Below, in pieces: positions 12,599-25,528 of a stretch of DNA of 64,000 nucleotides. The stretch covers positions 22,508,001 through 22,572,000 of the forward strand of contig NC_086097.1 in NCBI RefSeq assembly GCF_963921235.1, written 5' to 3'. A model generated the notes under the pieces. It had not been told where the DNA came from, made no database searches, and was given only the letters and a program-made list of their open reading frames with translations. The stretch is from Mobula hypostoma (Eukaryota). Positions within the stretch are counted from its first letter, which is position 1; each line of letters starts with the position of its first letter. The position numbers were made by a program, and so were the translations under genes.

Positions 12599-14460
12599 GC
12601 AACACACAGACATAGTGCTGGAGGAACTCAGCAGGCCAGGCAGCGACTATGGGAAAGAGTACAGTCGATGTTTCGGGCCGACACCCTTCATCAGGACTGG
12701 AGAAAAAATAATGAGTCAGAGTGAGAAGGTGGGGGGAGGGGAGGAAGAAACACAGGGCGATAGGTGAAACCGGGAGGTGGGAGTAAAGAGCTGGGAAGTT
12801 AATTGGTGAAAGAGATTCAGGGCTGGAGAAGGGGGGATCTGATGGGAGAGGCCAGAAGGCCATGGAAGAAAGAAAAGAGGGAGGAGCACCAGAGGGAGGT
12901 GATGCGCAGGCAAGGAGATAAGCTGAGAGAGGGAAATGAAAATGAGGAAGGAGAAGGGGAGGGGCATTACTGGAAGTTCAAGAAGTTGATGTTCGTGCCA
13001 TCAGGTTGCAGGCTACCCAGTTGGCATATAAGGTGTTGTTCCTCCAACTTGAATGTGCCTCATCGCAGAGGTAGAGGAGTCCATGGACTGACATGTCAGA
13101 ATGGGAATTGGAAGTGGAATTAAAATGGGCGGCCACTGGGAGATCCCGCTTTTTCTGACGGATGGAGCACAGGTGCTCGGCAAAGCAACCTCCTAATCTA
13201 CATTAGGTCTCACCGATATACAGGAGACCACACCAGATACAGTAGGTGACACCAAGAGACTCTCAGGTGAAGTGTTGCCTCAGCTGGAAGGACTGTTTGG
13301 GGCCCTGAATGGTAGTGAGGGAGGAAATGTTGAGGCAGCTGTAGCACTTGTTCCGCTTGCAAGGATAAGTGCCAGGAGGGAGATCAGTGGGGAGGGATGA
13401 ATGGACAAGGAGTCACATAGGGAGCATTCCCAGCAGAAAGTTTGGGGGGGGGGCGCAGGAAAGATGTACTTGGTGGTGAGATCCCATTTGAGATGGCAGA
13501 AGTTAGAGAATTATCCGAGTAACTATGCTCTGTCCACTGGGAAAAAGCGGGATATCCCAGTGGCCATCCATTTTAATTCCACTTTCCATTCCTATTCTGA
13601 CATGTCAGTCAATTTGGAGGAGCAACATGTTATATTCTGCCTGGGTAGCCTCCAATAAGATTATGAGGGCGATAGATAGAGCTGATGTGGATAGCCTTTT
13701 TCCATTGAGAGTAGGGGAGATTCAAACAAGAGGACATGAGTTGAGAGTTAAGGGGCAAAAGTTTAGGGGTAACACGAGGGGGAACCTCTTTACTCAGAGT
13801 GGTAGCTGTGTGGAACGACCTTCCATTAGAAGTGGTAGAGGCAGGTTCGATTTTGTTATTTTAAAAATAAATTGGATAGGTATATGGACAGGAAAGGAAT
13901 GGAGGGTTATGGGCTGAGTGCAGGTAGATGGGACTAGGTGAGAGTAAGCATTCGGCACGGACTAGAAGGGCCAAGATGGCCTGTTTCCATGTTGTAATTA
14001 TTATGTTATAATCTGATGGCATGAACATCAATTTCTTGAAGTTATAGTTCTCCCCCCCCCCCACCAAACTCCATCCCTTTTTCCCTCTCTTACCTTATTT
14101 CCTTATCTGTCCATCACCTGTGGATGCTGCTCCCCCTTTTTTCTTCCATGACCTTCTGTCCTCTCCTATCAGATTTCCCCTTCTCCAGCCCTGTATGTCT
14201 TTCACCAATCAACTTCCCAGCTCTTTACTTCACTCCTCCCCCTCCAGTTTCACCCATCATCTGTGTTTCTTCCTCCCCTGCCCCCACCTTCTAACCCTGA
14301 CTCCTCATCTTCTTTTCTCCAGTCCTGCTGAAGGGGCTCAGCCTGAAATGTCAACTGTACTCTTTTTCCACAGATGCTGCCTGGCCTGCTGATTTCCTCC
14401 TGTATTGTGTGTGTGTTTGTGTGTGTCTGTCTCTTGGATTTTGCTCTTGTTTGTGATTGG
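12599..14460. mobile_element. Penelope-like element in inverted (divergent) two-arm configuration, with a CR1 fragment inserted at ~13660-14005
   Basis: Left arm on - (tail, hammerhead, UTR, GIY-YIG YIGET..FAEHL..VAAHFNS..EEQHLI..GSLQPDG); right arm on + (RDIPVAIHFNSTFHSYSDMS..EEQHVIFCLGSLQ, UTR, degenerate hammerhead, tail). TSD-like cctttttaat on both flanks. Confidence 0.8.
12661..12700 (-). ncRNA. Minimal hammerhead ribozyme motif of Penelope pLTR type
   Basis: - strand reads ccagtc CTGATGA a ggg tgtcgg ccc GAAA c ATC gactgt: intact core, stem I cagtc/gactg, stem II ggg/ccc. Confidence 0.65.
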
Positions 14461-14499
14461 ACCTTTTTAATTTCTGTTTTTACACTATTTATTTAATGT

Positions 14500-15116
14500 A
14501 ACATAGAAACATAGAAAAATTACACCACAATACAAGCCCTTCGGCCCACAAAGCTGTGCCGAACATGTCCTTACCTTAGAACTACCTAGGGTTATCCATA
14601 GCCCTCTGTTTTTCTGTGCTCCATGTACCTGTCCAGGAGTCTCTTAAAAGACCCTATCGTCTCCACCTCCACTGCTGCCAGCAGCCCATTCCAAGCACTC
14701 ACCACTCTCTGTGTTTATATAAAAAAAACCTTACCCTGACATCTCCTCTGCAAGCACCTTAAAACTATGCCTTCTTGTGCTAGCCATTTCAGCCCTGGGG
14801 GGAAAAAGCCTCTGATTATCCACACAATCAATGCCTCTCATCATCCTGTACACCTCTATCAGGTCACCTCTTACCCTCTCGCTCCAAGGAGAAAAGGCCG
14901 AGTTCCCTCAACCTATTCTCAGAAGGCATGCTCCCCGATTCGGGCAACATCCTTGTAAATCTCCTCTGCACCCTTTCCATGGATTCCACGACCTTTCTGT
15001 AGTGAGGTGACCAAAACTGAGCACAGAACTCCAAGTGGGGTCTGACCAGGGTCCTATGTAGCTGCAACATTACCTCTGGGCTCTTAAACTCAATCCCATG
15101 GTTGATGAAGGCCAAT
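14500..15116 (-). mobile_element. CR1 3' fragment
   Basis: ORF MAFINHGIEFKSPEVMLQLHRTLVRPHLEFCAQFWSPHYRK; (catagaaa)n tail complement. Confidence 0.85.
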
Positions 15117-15705
15117 AGCTATGTAATAAAATGAATTACAGTAAATATATATACATGTATTTACTGTAACTCAGCTAATTTTCTCTATTATATATTGCAT
15201 TGGACCGGTGCCACTAAGATAAAAAAAAATTCACAACATATGCTGGTAGTATTAAACCTGATTCCGATTCTTCCAATTCCTTACCCATCTTTTATTTCAG
15301 AGTTCTAACAAAACTCATGTTTGAATGCCTCTAGTAAATTTTTCCTTTGTTTCTGTAAGGTAAAAGATCAGATTTTATTGTGGATCTCTGTATAAATTAG
15401 AAAGATTAAATTAGCTTTTACCATCCTAGTTCCGTTCTAGTAAATCTCTATGAAGACCTTGACATCCTTCCCAAAGCCTAGACCTTCAGCTCTTTGCAGG
15501 CTCTGCCCATGAAAGATAATTTAATGCAAGTGATGTCATAATGGTATGTTATTTGAAACTTCTATGCCTTTCAGAATGCCTCCGTGTGTAAAAAGTTTTG
15601 CATTCAATCTGATCCAGTTATAAGTATTAGATCATAATATTCCCTCAGGGCTTTGATTAAGCTACCTTGCTTAGTGCATTGTGTACAGCGTGAGAAATTT
15701 AGGGT

Positions 15706-16050
15706 GACACATGCAAAATGCAGGAGGAATACTGCAGGTCAACCACCGTCTATGGAGGGGAATAGATAGTTGTTTTGGGCTGAGACCCTTCATCAGGACT
15801 GGAAAGGAAGGGGGAAGAAACGATAATAAGAAGGTAGGTGGGGAGAGGAAAGACCAGGTGAGGGGGAAGGTGCATTGGGGAGGTGGGGGGGATGAAGTAG
15901 GAAGCTGGGAGATGATAGGCTGAAGAGGGAGTCTGATAGGAGACGATCGTGGACCAAGGGAGAAAGAGAAGGAGGAGGGGCATCAGAGGGAGGTGAGGAG
16001 ATCAGAAGGATAAGGGGAACTAGAATGAAGATAGTCGGGTGGGAGTAGGA
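15706..16050 (-). mobile_element. Penelope-like 3' end (degenerate hammerhead + UTR)
   Basis: gggctgagacccttcatcaggactgg followed by purine-rich UTR complement. Confidence 0.7.
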
Positions 16051-17744
16051 GAGGGAAAGCTGTGCTTAGTAAGGTCCCATTGTGTTTATAATTTTAGGAT
16101 GAATGCATTATACAGGGCTAATCCTCCAAGCTTCAGTTACAGACCTCAGCGTATTTTCTGATTTAGTAAGTATGTTTATAAAAAAAAAAGTGGAGCAGAA
16201 TTAGTCCAATTGGCCCATCAAGTCATCCCATCGTGGCTGATTTATTATCCCACTCGACCACATTCTCCCCATAACCTTTAACACCCTTACTAATCAAGGA
16301 CCTATCATCCTCTGTTTTTAAATGTACCAAATGACTTGGCCTCCACAGCCACCCTTCGCAATGAATTCCACTGATTAATCCACCCTCTATCTAAAGAAAT
16401 TCCTCCTCTTCTGCTCTGTAGGGACATCCCTGTATTTTGAGGCTAAAACTAAACTACTAGAGGAATGCAGTGAGTCCAACAGCATCTACAGAGGCCGAGG
16501 AGTGGTCAGCATGGTGGGCTTTTGCTCCAGACTTCATTTTCTTGTGTCATAGAATTAATTGCTCAAGAAACTACAGTCCTGAAGAAGGGTCTTAGCCCAA
16601 AATATTAACTGTTTACTTTTTTTCCATAGATGCTGCCTGGCCTGCTGAGTTCCTTCAGCATTCTGTGTTGCAAAATGAGTTTTGGGGAAGGGGAGTGGAG
16701 GTCTACGTTGCTTGTAACAACATTTCCAACATAGAGCTAGTCTGAAGAAGAAACAATATATGTATATTGCTGAAGGTAGTTTTTAAAAAATAAAGTTGGT
16801 AGTGAGGTGGGGCTTGGCATTTTTTGATGCTGGTTTTTATTGAGGGGGACATTTTTACTCATGAAACAATTCTGTTGTACAATCCACAATCCTTTACTCT
16901 GCCCAAGCTCCTTAAACTGTACAGAAATATTCCTCGAGATTGTGTGCACATCACAACAGGTAGATCAAACATTACTCCATAATATCTAACCAACTTAACA
17001 TTCTCTTTGACTGATTGCCTTCCTTGGCTCAACAATTTTTATTGACTCAGCAGCCGAGGAATAATAATGTTGCAGAGTATGTTTGATTATTTTTTCTCTG
17101 AGCTTACAGTTATAATTTGTATTCATATTAATAACCAAATGTTGCTTCATTTATCTCTTTAAGCCCATTAATTGGTACAGCAATAAAGCCCATCTTACAC
17201 ATCCGCCACTCTGTGGAAGACAATATTTCTTAATTTTAAGTTTTCTATGACACCTACTAACTTTATACTCTTCTAATTCCGCCCTCATTGTCAACATTAA
17301 ATCACTTTCTGATGCAGTATGTTGTGTCTTCAAGATAGTTTATCAGATCAACTATTTTGCTCGTCTAGATCCTTAAAATACATTTAGACCATTTCTCTAG
17401 AATTAGGATATTGTTAGCAATCAGACCAATGTGGCTGAAAAGTCTTTAGAGATGAATTTACTGATCTTGATGATATTTGGGAAGTAGGATAGCAGAAAAG
17501 CAGCACTAGTATAGATGAAACAAAATCACACCCAAAAGAAACCTTACATTTCACTGCTCTTAACTCTCTCAAAATTGTGTGCCATGTTGATTAATTCTTG
17601 TTCTGCTTTGTTTTAGGCCTTTGTCTTTAAGTTCAATGTTTGAAATAAATTTATTATCAAAGTGTGTATAAATTTATTTTTGTATATCACCATGTACAAC
17701 CCTGTGATTCATTGTCTTGTGGGCATGATCAATATATCTATAGA

Positions 17745-18404
17745 ATTAGATTATGAGAACACTCAGTCCTCTTTTATTGTCATTTAGAAATGCATACATG
17801 CATTTAAAAAATGATACAATGTTTCTCCAGAGTGATATCAGAGAAAACAGGACAAACCAAAGACTAACGCTTTCAGAACCACATAATTATATAGTTACAG
17901 CAGTGCAAAGCAATACCATAATTTGATGAAGAACAAACCATGGGCACCTTAAATAAAATCTCAAAAGTCCCCGAGTCGATCGACTCCCCAGTCCCCGATA
18001 GCGGTGGCAAAAGGGGGAAACTCCCCGCCATAAACCTCCAGGCACCGTCAACTTGCCGATGCCTTGGAAGCAGTTGACCACAGCCGACACTGCGTCCATC
18101 CGTCCGAAAACTTCAAGCTTCCGTCCAGCCTTTCCGATACAGCCTCCCGAGTGCCTTCGACCTCGCCTCGGCCGCTGAAACAAGCAAAGCCAAGGATTTC
18201 GGGGCCTTCTGCTCCAGAGATTCCGGTTACCACACAGTAGCAGCGAAGCGGGCATTTCAGAAGTTTTCCAGATGTTTCTCCACACTCTCACGTCTGTCTC
18301 CATCAAATCAGGATTGTGCACAGTCCCCTACCTGACAGATTATGGATATCACCACCAAAGTGGCTGTGCGCACTGCCCTCGCGCTGCCATCTTCTCCTCC
18401 TCCT
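17745..18404 (-). mobile_element. ~660-bp non-autonomous LINE-derived element, copy 1
   Basis: Colinear with 38283-38966; - strand starts ggaggagaagatggcagcg and ends aataaaag..cataatctaa. Confidence 0.7.
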
Positions 18405-19264
18405 GCGAGGAGCTGAATAATAACCACAACAGAATTAATGAAAGACTACCACTTTGGGTGTTCAACTGGTGTGCAAAAGATAACAAACTGTGCAAATACA
18501 AAAAGAAACATAATAATAATAAACAATAAATCCTGAGAACATGAGATGAAGAGTCCTTGAAAGTGAGTCCACAGGTTGTGGGAATATTTCAATGATGGGA
18601 CAAGTGAAGTTACCCCCTTTGGTTCAAGAGCCTGATGGTTGAAGGGTAATAAATGCTTCTGAACTTGGTGGTGTGTGTCCTGAGTCTCCTGTACCACCCT
18701 TCTGATAGCAGCAGCAAGAAGAATTCAACTCCCAAATTTCCCTTTCCTCTATATTTCTTTCTTGAAGAAATGCACCATTGCAACCAACATAACATTATGA
18801 ATCTGAGCGAATTAGTTAAGTTCATTAATAAAATTTCCATTCTTTTTCTACCTTTACTCATGGACATCCTTACATGATGTTCCACGGACTTTATTAATAT
18901 ACTGGAACTTAAATTTATCTACATTATAAATCAGTATTTCCTTCATCCACTTTCTTAATTATTGAGTTTTCTGCTACCAATCTGTCTTGCACTGGGACCT
19001 GTTTACATTGCTCAGTTACATTAAATCTTGTGATACCAGTCCTTTGATATGAACAGATTCCATTTATCAATTCTCTACTGCTCTGCAAATCCCCAGAGAT
19101 CATTTTTGTCATTTGTCCCCATTTTAGTTAAACTAAACTTGCCTTCAACTCAGTGAACTAATTTGATATTCTTCCTACAACAACTTTAATCTTTATGTAA
19201 GTCATAACTGAATTTAATATCCACTGACATTTATGATATCCTAACTTTTGAGTACACAATTTCT

Positions 19265-19650
19265 CAGAATCCAAATCAGGATTGTTATAACTGACATGTC
19301 ATGAAATGTTTTGTGGCAGCAGTACAGTGCAACACATAAAATATGCCATAGATTACAACAAGAAAGTAGTGCAGAGAAAGAGCATAAATAGTGAGGTAGT
19401 GTTCATGGGTTCATTGTCCATTCAGAAATCTGATGGCGGAGGGGAAGAAGCTGTTCCTTGAGTGTGTGTCTTCTGGCTTCTATACCTCCTCCCTGATGAT
19501 AGTAATGAGAAGTGGGCATGTTTTGGATGGTGGGGCTCCTTAATGATGGATGCAGCCTTTCTTTTTGAGGCATCCCTTTCGAAGATGCCCTTGATGCTCG
19601 GGAGGCTAGTGCCAAGATGGAATTGGCTGAGTTTACCACTCTCTGTATAG
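19265..19650 (-). mobile_element. Rex/Babar-type LINE 3' tail
   Basis: Complement of ..SIIKEPHHP..FSLLSSGRRYRS..NSFFPSAIRFLN 3' end. Confidence 0.65.
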
Positions 19651-20109
19651 CGAACAAAATTAAATGCACTTTTCCCTTTTACTTAGCTCCATGCACTTCT
19701 CTCCTCATCAGTATGTGCAGAGAGCTGTATCTCCTTGGGTAAATGCTCTTCTCCATTGTCTGTCAATCATGCATAATTGTTCACAAGCATTTAAACTCAG
19801 AAGACTGTCTGGAAACCAACTCTGGAAAAGTGTCCTTGTTGCAATTAATTCCCTTTGTTTTAATTTCCTACTCCTGTCACATTGATTTTTCATTTTTTTT
19901 GCTTCTGTTTTCCAATGCACGTTGTTTGAATACTTAGCTGTTTCAGCATTTGTTGTGTTTTTTGCTTTTTCTCTCTTGGATTCTCCTTCCAGAAACTCTT
20001 GTCAAGTCATTCTTTCACCAAGATGATGGAGCTGTTTGCTTACTTCAGTTTGGATGGAGCTCTGTGAATGCTTACAAGATAGAATAATGTCTGAGAGGAC
20101 GTTAACATC

Positions 20110-20436
20110 AGGGCAGCATGCTAGTTAGTGTAACGCCATCGTAGCACCAGTTGTGAGATTGGGGTTCGATTCCCACCACTGCCTGTAAGGAATTTGTACA
20201 TTTTCCCCGTGGCCTTTCTCCGGGTGCTCCAGTTTCCTCCCATGGTCCACAGATATACGGGTTAGTATTAGTAAGTTGTGGACATGCTATGTTGGTGCCA
20301 GAAGCATGGTGGCACTTGCGGGCTGTCTCTAGCACATCTTGTATGTTGGTCGTTGACATAAGCAATGCATTTCACTGTACCATATATTCAATGTTTCAAT
20401 GTACACGTGATAGATAAAGTTAATCTTTATCTTTTT
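20110..20436 (+). mobile_element. tRNA-derived SINE with LINE-type tail
   Basis: ggggttcgattccc B box; gggtgctccagtttcctccca core; tail aaagttaatctttatcttt. Confidence 0.7.
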
Positions 20437-22329
20437 ATCATTAACAGCTATTTTCTTTGTAGATATCCTTAAAATTTTACTCAATTAATTAATAATTAAT
20501 TAGGTTTTTCAGTGCTTGTTACTGTTGCCCTGTTTCTAGGTTCAGTTGACCAAACCAAGAATAAGGGGCTTTGACTTTTAATCCACTCCTTTTCTAAAGT
20601 ACAAATACTTCATTTGACACTGAGTAGAGTGGAAATGCATGACATAATCTTTCATTACACCATTTGGGGACACTAAACTGTGAAGTTCACTGATCATCCA
20701 CTTAATTAGAACTACTGCACCTTACAAAAAATATAAATGCTTAGAAATTTGCCACCAATTAGTAGCATATAAACACATTTATATATCAGATTCCTTCCTT
20801 TCCAGCTTCTTACTTCGTCCTTGTTCCCCCACCCACTCAACTTCACCCTCACCTGGTTTTACCTATCGCCTGGCTGCTTGCTTTCCCTCTCCTCCTCCTC
20901 CTACCTTCTCATTCTCTCTTCTTCCCCCTTCCTCCCAAATCCTGTTGAATAGTCTTGGCCCAAAACTTTGACTGTATTCCTTCCTGTAGATTCTGCCTGA
21001 CCTGCTGAGTTCTTCCAGCATTTTGTGTGTGTTGAACAAGGTGTAATTTCTTAAGACAAAGATCATACCCAGGAGGGTGTAGTTGGTGAGTATACAGAAG
21101 ATATGTTTTGGCCTGACTTGCCAAGTTCCTCTGGCACTTTGTGCATGTGTTCCTCAAGATTTCCAGCATCTTCATTTCAGTCCTTTGATATAAATGGTAT
21201 GAATGTCAGGGACAAAGTACAGTGCTATGAAAATTTGCACTTAGCTCGACTGATCAAGGATCAGTTCAAGCAGTAGAAGTTACAGGATAACACACCTTTC
21301 AGCTCAACAAAGAACAATTGTTCATTCTCTGCACGGGCCTCTTTACAGCCTACCCCACCTGTAAATCCTCCTGTTTTCACACCTTCATCGGTGACCTTGA
21401 ATTTATGCAGCTAACCATTCCACTTTCTAATATACACAGACACAAGTTTTTCCAATCTGATCTGTCTGATTTTAGTTTGAATTGGGTGTCTAAGAATAGA
21501 GTGGCAAAATAGGATTGTTGCCTCACACCTTGAATGACCGAGATTCAGTGCTGACCTCTTGTACTGTATGAGTTTTGCAGTTTCTCTCTGTGAATCTTGA
21601 ACGTTTCCCCGAGTGGTCCATTTTTAGGCCACTTCCCAAACATATACTTTGGTAGGCTGAGTGGGCACAGGATGAAGCGTCTTGGCCAAAATGTAGGCTC
21701 TTTATTCCCTTCCATTAAAAGCTACCTGACCCGCTGAGTTCAAAGGATTTAAAGTACATTTATTATCAAATATGTATGCAGCATACAACCCTGAGGTTCG
21801 TCTTCCACACATACAGCCAGGAAACAAAGAAGAAATGTGGAACCCATTCCAAGAAAAACATCAACTCTTCTCCACGTGCAAAAATAATCAGGCAAATGGC
21901 ATCTTAAAAATTGAGCAAAATCACAGAATGCAAAACACAAAATCAAAAGGCATATTTCAATTTAGCTTGGCGTTCCTTTTCGGCAGGCTTCTTTGATTCA
22001 AAAATCGCCCAAACTAGCAACAAAAAAAAGGAGCGACCGGAAACACTAGAAACGCATCATAAACGCATTTCAGTCCACAATCCACAAACAGCGTTGATTA
22101 AATCTTTCTCCGGCACCATCCTCCGACAGCATCAAGGGGGAGAGAGAGAAATCATTCCTCCAGCACTTTGTGTGTCACTATAAATTGCCCTATTTTGTAG
22201 GTTAGTGTTTAAATTGGGGGCTGTTTATGGGTGTGCAAGAAGAATTAAAAAAGAGGAATTAGCATAAGATAAATTTTAAAGGATGCTTCCTGATGTGCGA
22301 GAACCACTGGATAGAAGCGCCTATTTTCT

Positions 22330-22580
22330 TATTTTTATTTAAAGATTCTGCATGTTCACAGGCTGTTCTGGTCCAACAAGGCCCTGCTGCCCAATTACTC
22401 CCATGTGACCAATTAACCTACTGCTCTGAATATCTTTGGAATGTGGGAGGAAAGCAGAGCGCCCAGAGGAAACCCACATGGTCATGGAAAGAGAACGTAC
22501 AAACTCCTGACAGAGCTGGAACTGAACTCTGGTCACTGGTACTGTAACAGTATCACCCGAACCACAACACTATCACACCC
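22330..22580 (-). mobile_element. V-SINE-like element
   Basis: caattaacctac..ctttggaatgtgggaggaaa..cccagaggaaacccacatggtca. Confidence 0.7.
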
Positions 22581-23031
22581 TGATTTCAGTTAGTGTTTTC
22601 TACATAGCCACAAATAAATAAATACTTAAAAAAGATTAAATATTGGTAATAAAACACAGAAATACTTGTAAATAAATATAAATATTTAACTAATATAGAA
22701 TATTTAAACACAAACTCTTCTCCATTAACTCCTTTATTAGAATCCCTTTGGAAATCTCACGAGTGAATATCCTAAGCCACGTTTCACCGGGCATGGGATA
22801 GTAGTGACATGACACTCCATAAAGCATCAGCATTCCAGCAAGACTAGGCTCCGTAGGGATTTCTGTGACTCTGACTCGGTTAAACTGTCAATAGCTGAAG
22901 GTTTTAACATTATAAAGCAAATAGTAAATTTCACACAAACAATTTTTATTGTCAGATCTGAGGATTGTGTAACAAAATATACACATTTTTAACATATATT
23001 CACAGTTTGCAGATGGCCTCGTGGAGGAAAT

Positions 23032-23240
23032 GGTGGAGGAATGCAGCAGGTCGGGCAGCATCCAGGGAAAGGAATACACAGTTGACCTTTTGGACTGAGA
23101 CCCTTCACCTGAACACGTGCTGAAGGGCCTCTCCCTAAACGTAGACTGTTTATGTTTTCCCGTGGCTGCTGTCTGACCTGCTGAGTTCCTCCATGTGTGC
23201 TACTCTGGGTTTCCAGCATCTGCAGAATTTCTTGTGTTGA
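23032..23240. mobile_element. Older degenerate fold-back Penelope-end mini-element
   Basis: Left arm cagcaggtcgggcagcatcc..gagacccttca; right arm tgaagggcc..gctgtctgacctgctgagttcctcca plus ttccagcatctgcaga tail; same layout as 48252-48512. Confidence 0.65.
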
Positions 23241-24308
23241 ATCAGAATCGGGTTTAATAACCATAGCCATAAAGTATAGGATTTATTATGGCCATAAGCA
23301 CTGGCATATGTTGTGAAATTTGTTGCTTTGCAGCTGCAGTACAGTACAATACATAATAAAATACAATAAGGAGAATACATATATAAAATGCAGATGGGCT
23401 CTCAGTTTTGTGGCTGTAATAATCTCCTTACTAACACCTACCCCTGCAAACATTATGGCAGGAATTCGGCACTTACTGCCCAGAGCTGTACGTGTGTAAT
23501 ATTACCAGCTGCTTATTTCACCCTTCTCCAATAGAACCAAATGTTAGAATGGGAACTTTAGGGATGGCTCATGTAATTCAGTGAAGAATAGTGATGCCAA
23601 TAGTGAAAATAATTCTGATGCTAACTACTCCTTAAAACAAAACAGGAAGACATTCTGAGCTAGATGATTTGTCTTCTTCATATCAAACATAAAACAAAGA
23701 TTGTTATGCTTGGGAGGGGGAGCTGTTCCAGGACCAACAACCTGGAAAGGAGGGCGAAAAAAGTTTAAAAGTTTAAGAGGATTTTTTATATGGTCAGTAA
23801 GAACTTGCTGCTTTTCTCTGAAGGTAAGAGAAGTCCTTTCAATCTGAAAATTGCTTGCATTTTCAAGTGCTATATCTGCAATGAAGGTGACTTGGCAAAC
23901 CACACATGCTATTCATATGGTCTTTTAGTATTGTCAGTTCTACAATTGGTTGTAAATTTTTATATTTTTAGGAGAGCATGTTCACCATGCTAAAAATTTA
24001 CTGGAGAATCCTTTTGTAGAAACAAACAATTCAGTTGTACAATGACTAAAGAATATTTTGAAATATTCTTAATTATCGTTGAGTAGCTTTCTCTTCTTAA
24101 GTGAGAACCGATCTGATTCCAGCTGCCGGACAGATGATGAAATGTGAAGTTTTGTTTTGTAAAGTTCATACATGCACAGTGTTTATCGCTTGCATGTTCA
24201 AACGCATGGTCCTTCTGTTCTTGTGCATGATGCAGTTCCATGCAAAGACAAATGCTGGCAGTGTGTCTAACGTCTGGTTCTTTCCTTCCTTGCAATTTCC
24301 GCTTTCAG

Positions 24309-24326
24309 AAGTCAACCGTGTGCCAG
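24309..24326 (+). CDS. NRXN3: Alpha-neurexin SS1 micro-exon (18 nt, phase 1-1), (E)VNRVP(G)
   Basis: Acceptor tttccttccttgcaatttccgctttcag, exon AAGTCAACCGTGTGCCAG, donor gtgagc. Size and phase match the first SS1 mini-exon (recalled mammalian NRXN3 DVSQDP, NRXN1 EDNNVE); followed in order by the other two SS1 exons. Confidence 0.85.
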
Positions 24327-25498
24327 GTGAGCTCTTCCTCCACCAAGTAAATTTAACCAATGACTAACTTGCAAGATGTTGCCAATCTTCTGCTTTGCTA
24401 AAAATGGCATTAAATAGCAAAGATTTTGAAAAAGTGTTGCACGATAACTACTCTTCCCCAAAGGAGCTGCATTAGGCAAGGCAGCTCAGTCAGTATTTTG
24501 ACAAAATAAAAACCCTTGCTTGAGTTATCTGCATTGAAAGGCAGTGAATGTCTAAAGAAATAGAGCCATAACAAATGAGAATGAACCACTATGAAATTGG
24601 GCAGGTTTATCTAGTGGGTGATGTTGCAGATAGCACCAAGTTGCTCTTCTGTGGAGAAAAAGATTAATGATCACTAAGGCAGTTATATTACTGACTAAAC
24701 TATTTTTCTAAAAAAAAACTGGTAATGGTTTCACTGAGAGGAATTGGCGAGCTGAGTTTAAAACTGTTCAGTAATTGACCAAAAAGAATTAAATAATCAT
24801 TTGATTTATTTCCCATGTTAGCTACTTTTTTTTTGTTCTTGCCTACATCTTCTCCACCAACCCAAAACTAATGAGTTGTACTCTTTGTCACTGTAAATAA
24901 ATGACCCTAATTCAGTAATAACTTTGCGTTCCTTTGTAATGATGTAGCATTTTGCAGAAGGAGTTTGTGCATGCTGTATCTTTTATGAGCAAGAGGGAAA
25001 ATAAAGGGTTATCTGGAATACATTCCTTAATTCCTTATAGTAAACAATTAGCCGCCAGATTTATTGATGACTCCTTAGTGTGCCAGTCATAATAATATAT
25101 GGTTAAAATTATGATTCGTTGTTTGTACAAGAAAACTAATTACAGGATGTTATACTTAATAGTTGTAGCTAATAGTTGAAGATTTGAAAGAGGAGGAGAA
25201 ATTGAACAAATACCTCATGTCCATAGCTTAACCTAGACAGTATCTAAAAGGGATACAGCTTGCATAGTTTTTATGCTGCTTATATATGTTCAAAGGCAAA
25301 AGGTGACTCGTTTGATTCTTTGGAATGAATTTAGTCTTTCTTAGTTTAATAGTGATGTAAGCTTTTTCCGCTCGTGGCAAAAAGCTTCAGTGTGACTGAT
25401 AACATACTTAACCTTTAAGTATGTGATATCACAATACCAACCGGTATTGTATGAAACTCTTGTTTATCTTCTTTGACCTTATTTCTTCCTCTTCAAAG

Positions 25499-25528
25499 GT
25501 TTCTCACATCTGATGATGGGCGAGCAAG
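25499..25528 (+). CDS. NRXN3: Alpha-neurexin SS1 micro-exon (30 nt, phase 1-1), (G)FSHLMMGEQ(G)
   Basis: Long pyrimidine tract ending cttcaaag, exon GTTTCTCACATCTGATGATGGGCGAGCAAG, donor gtatgc. Peptide closely matches recalled NRXN3 GLSHLMMSEQ and NRXN1 GLAHLMMGDQ. Confidence 0.92.
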
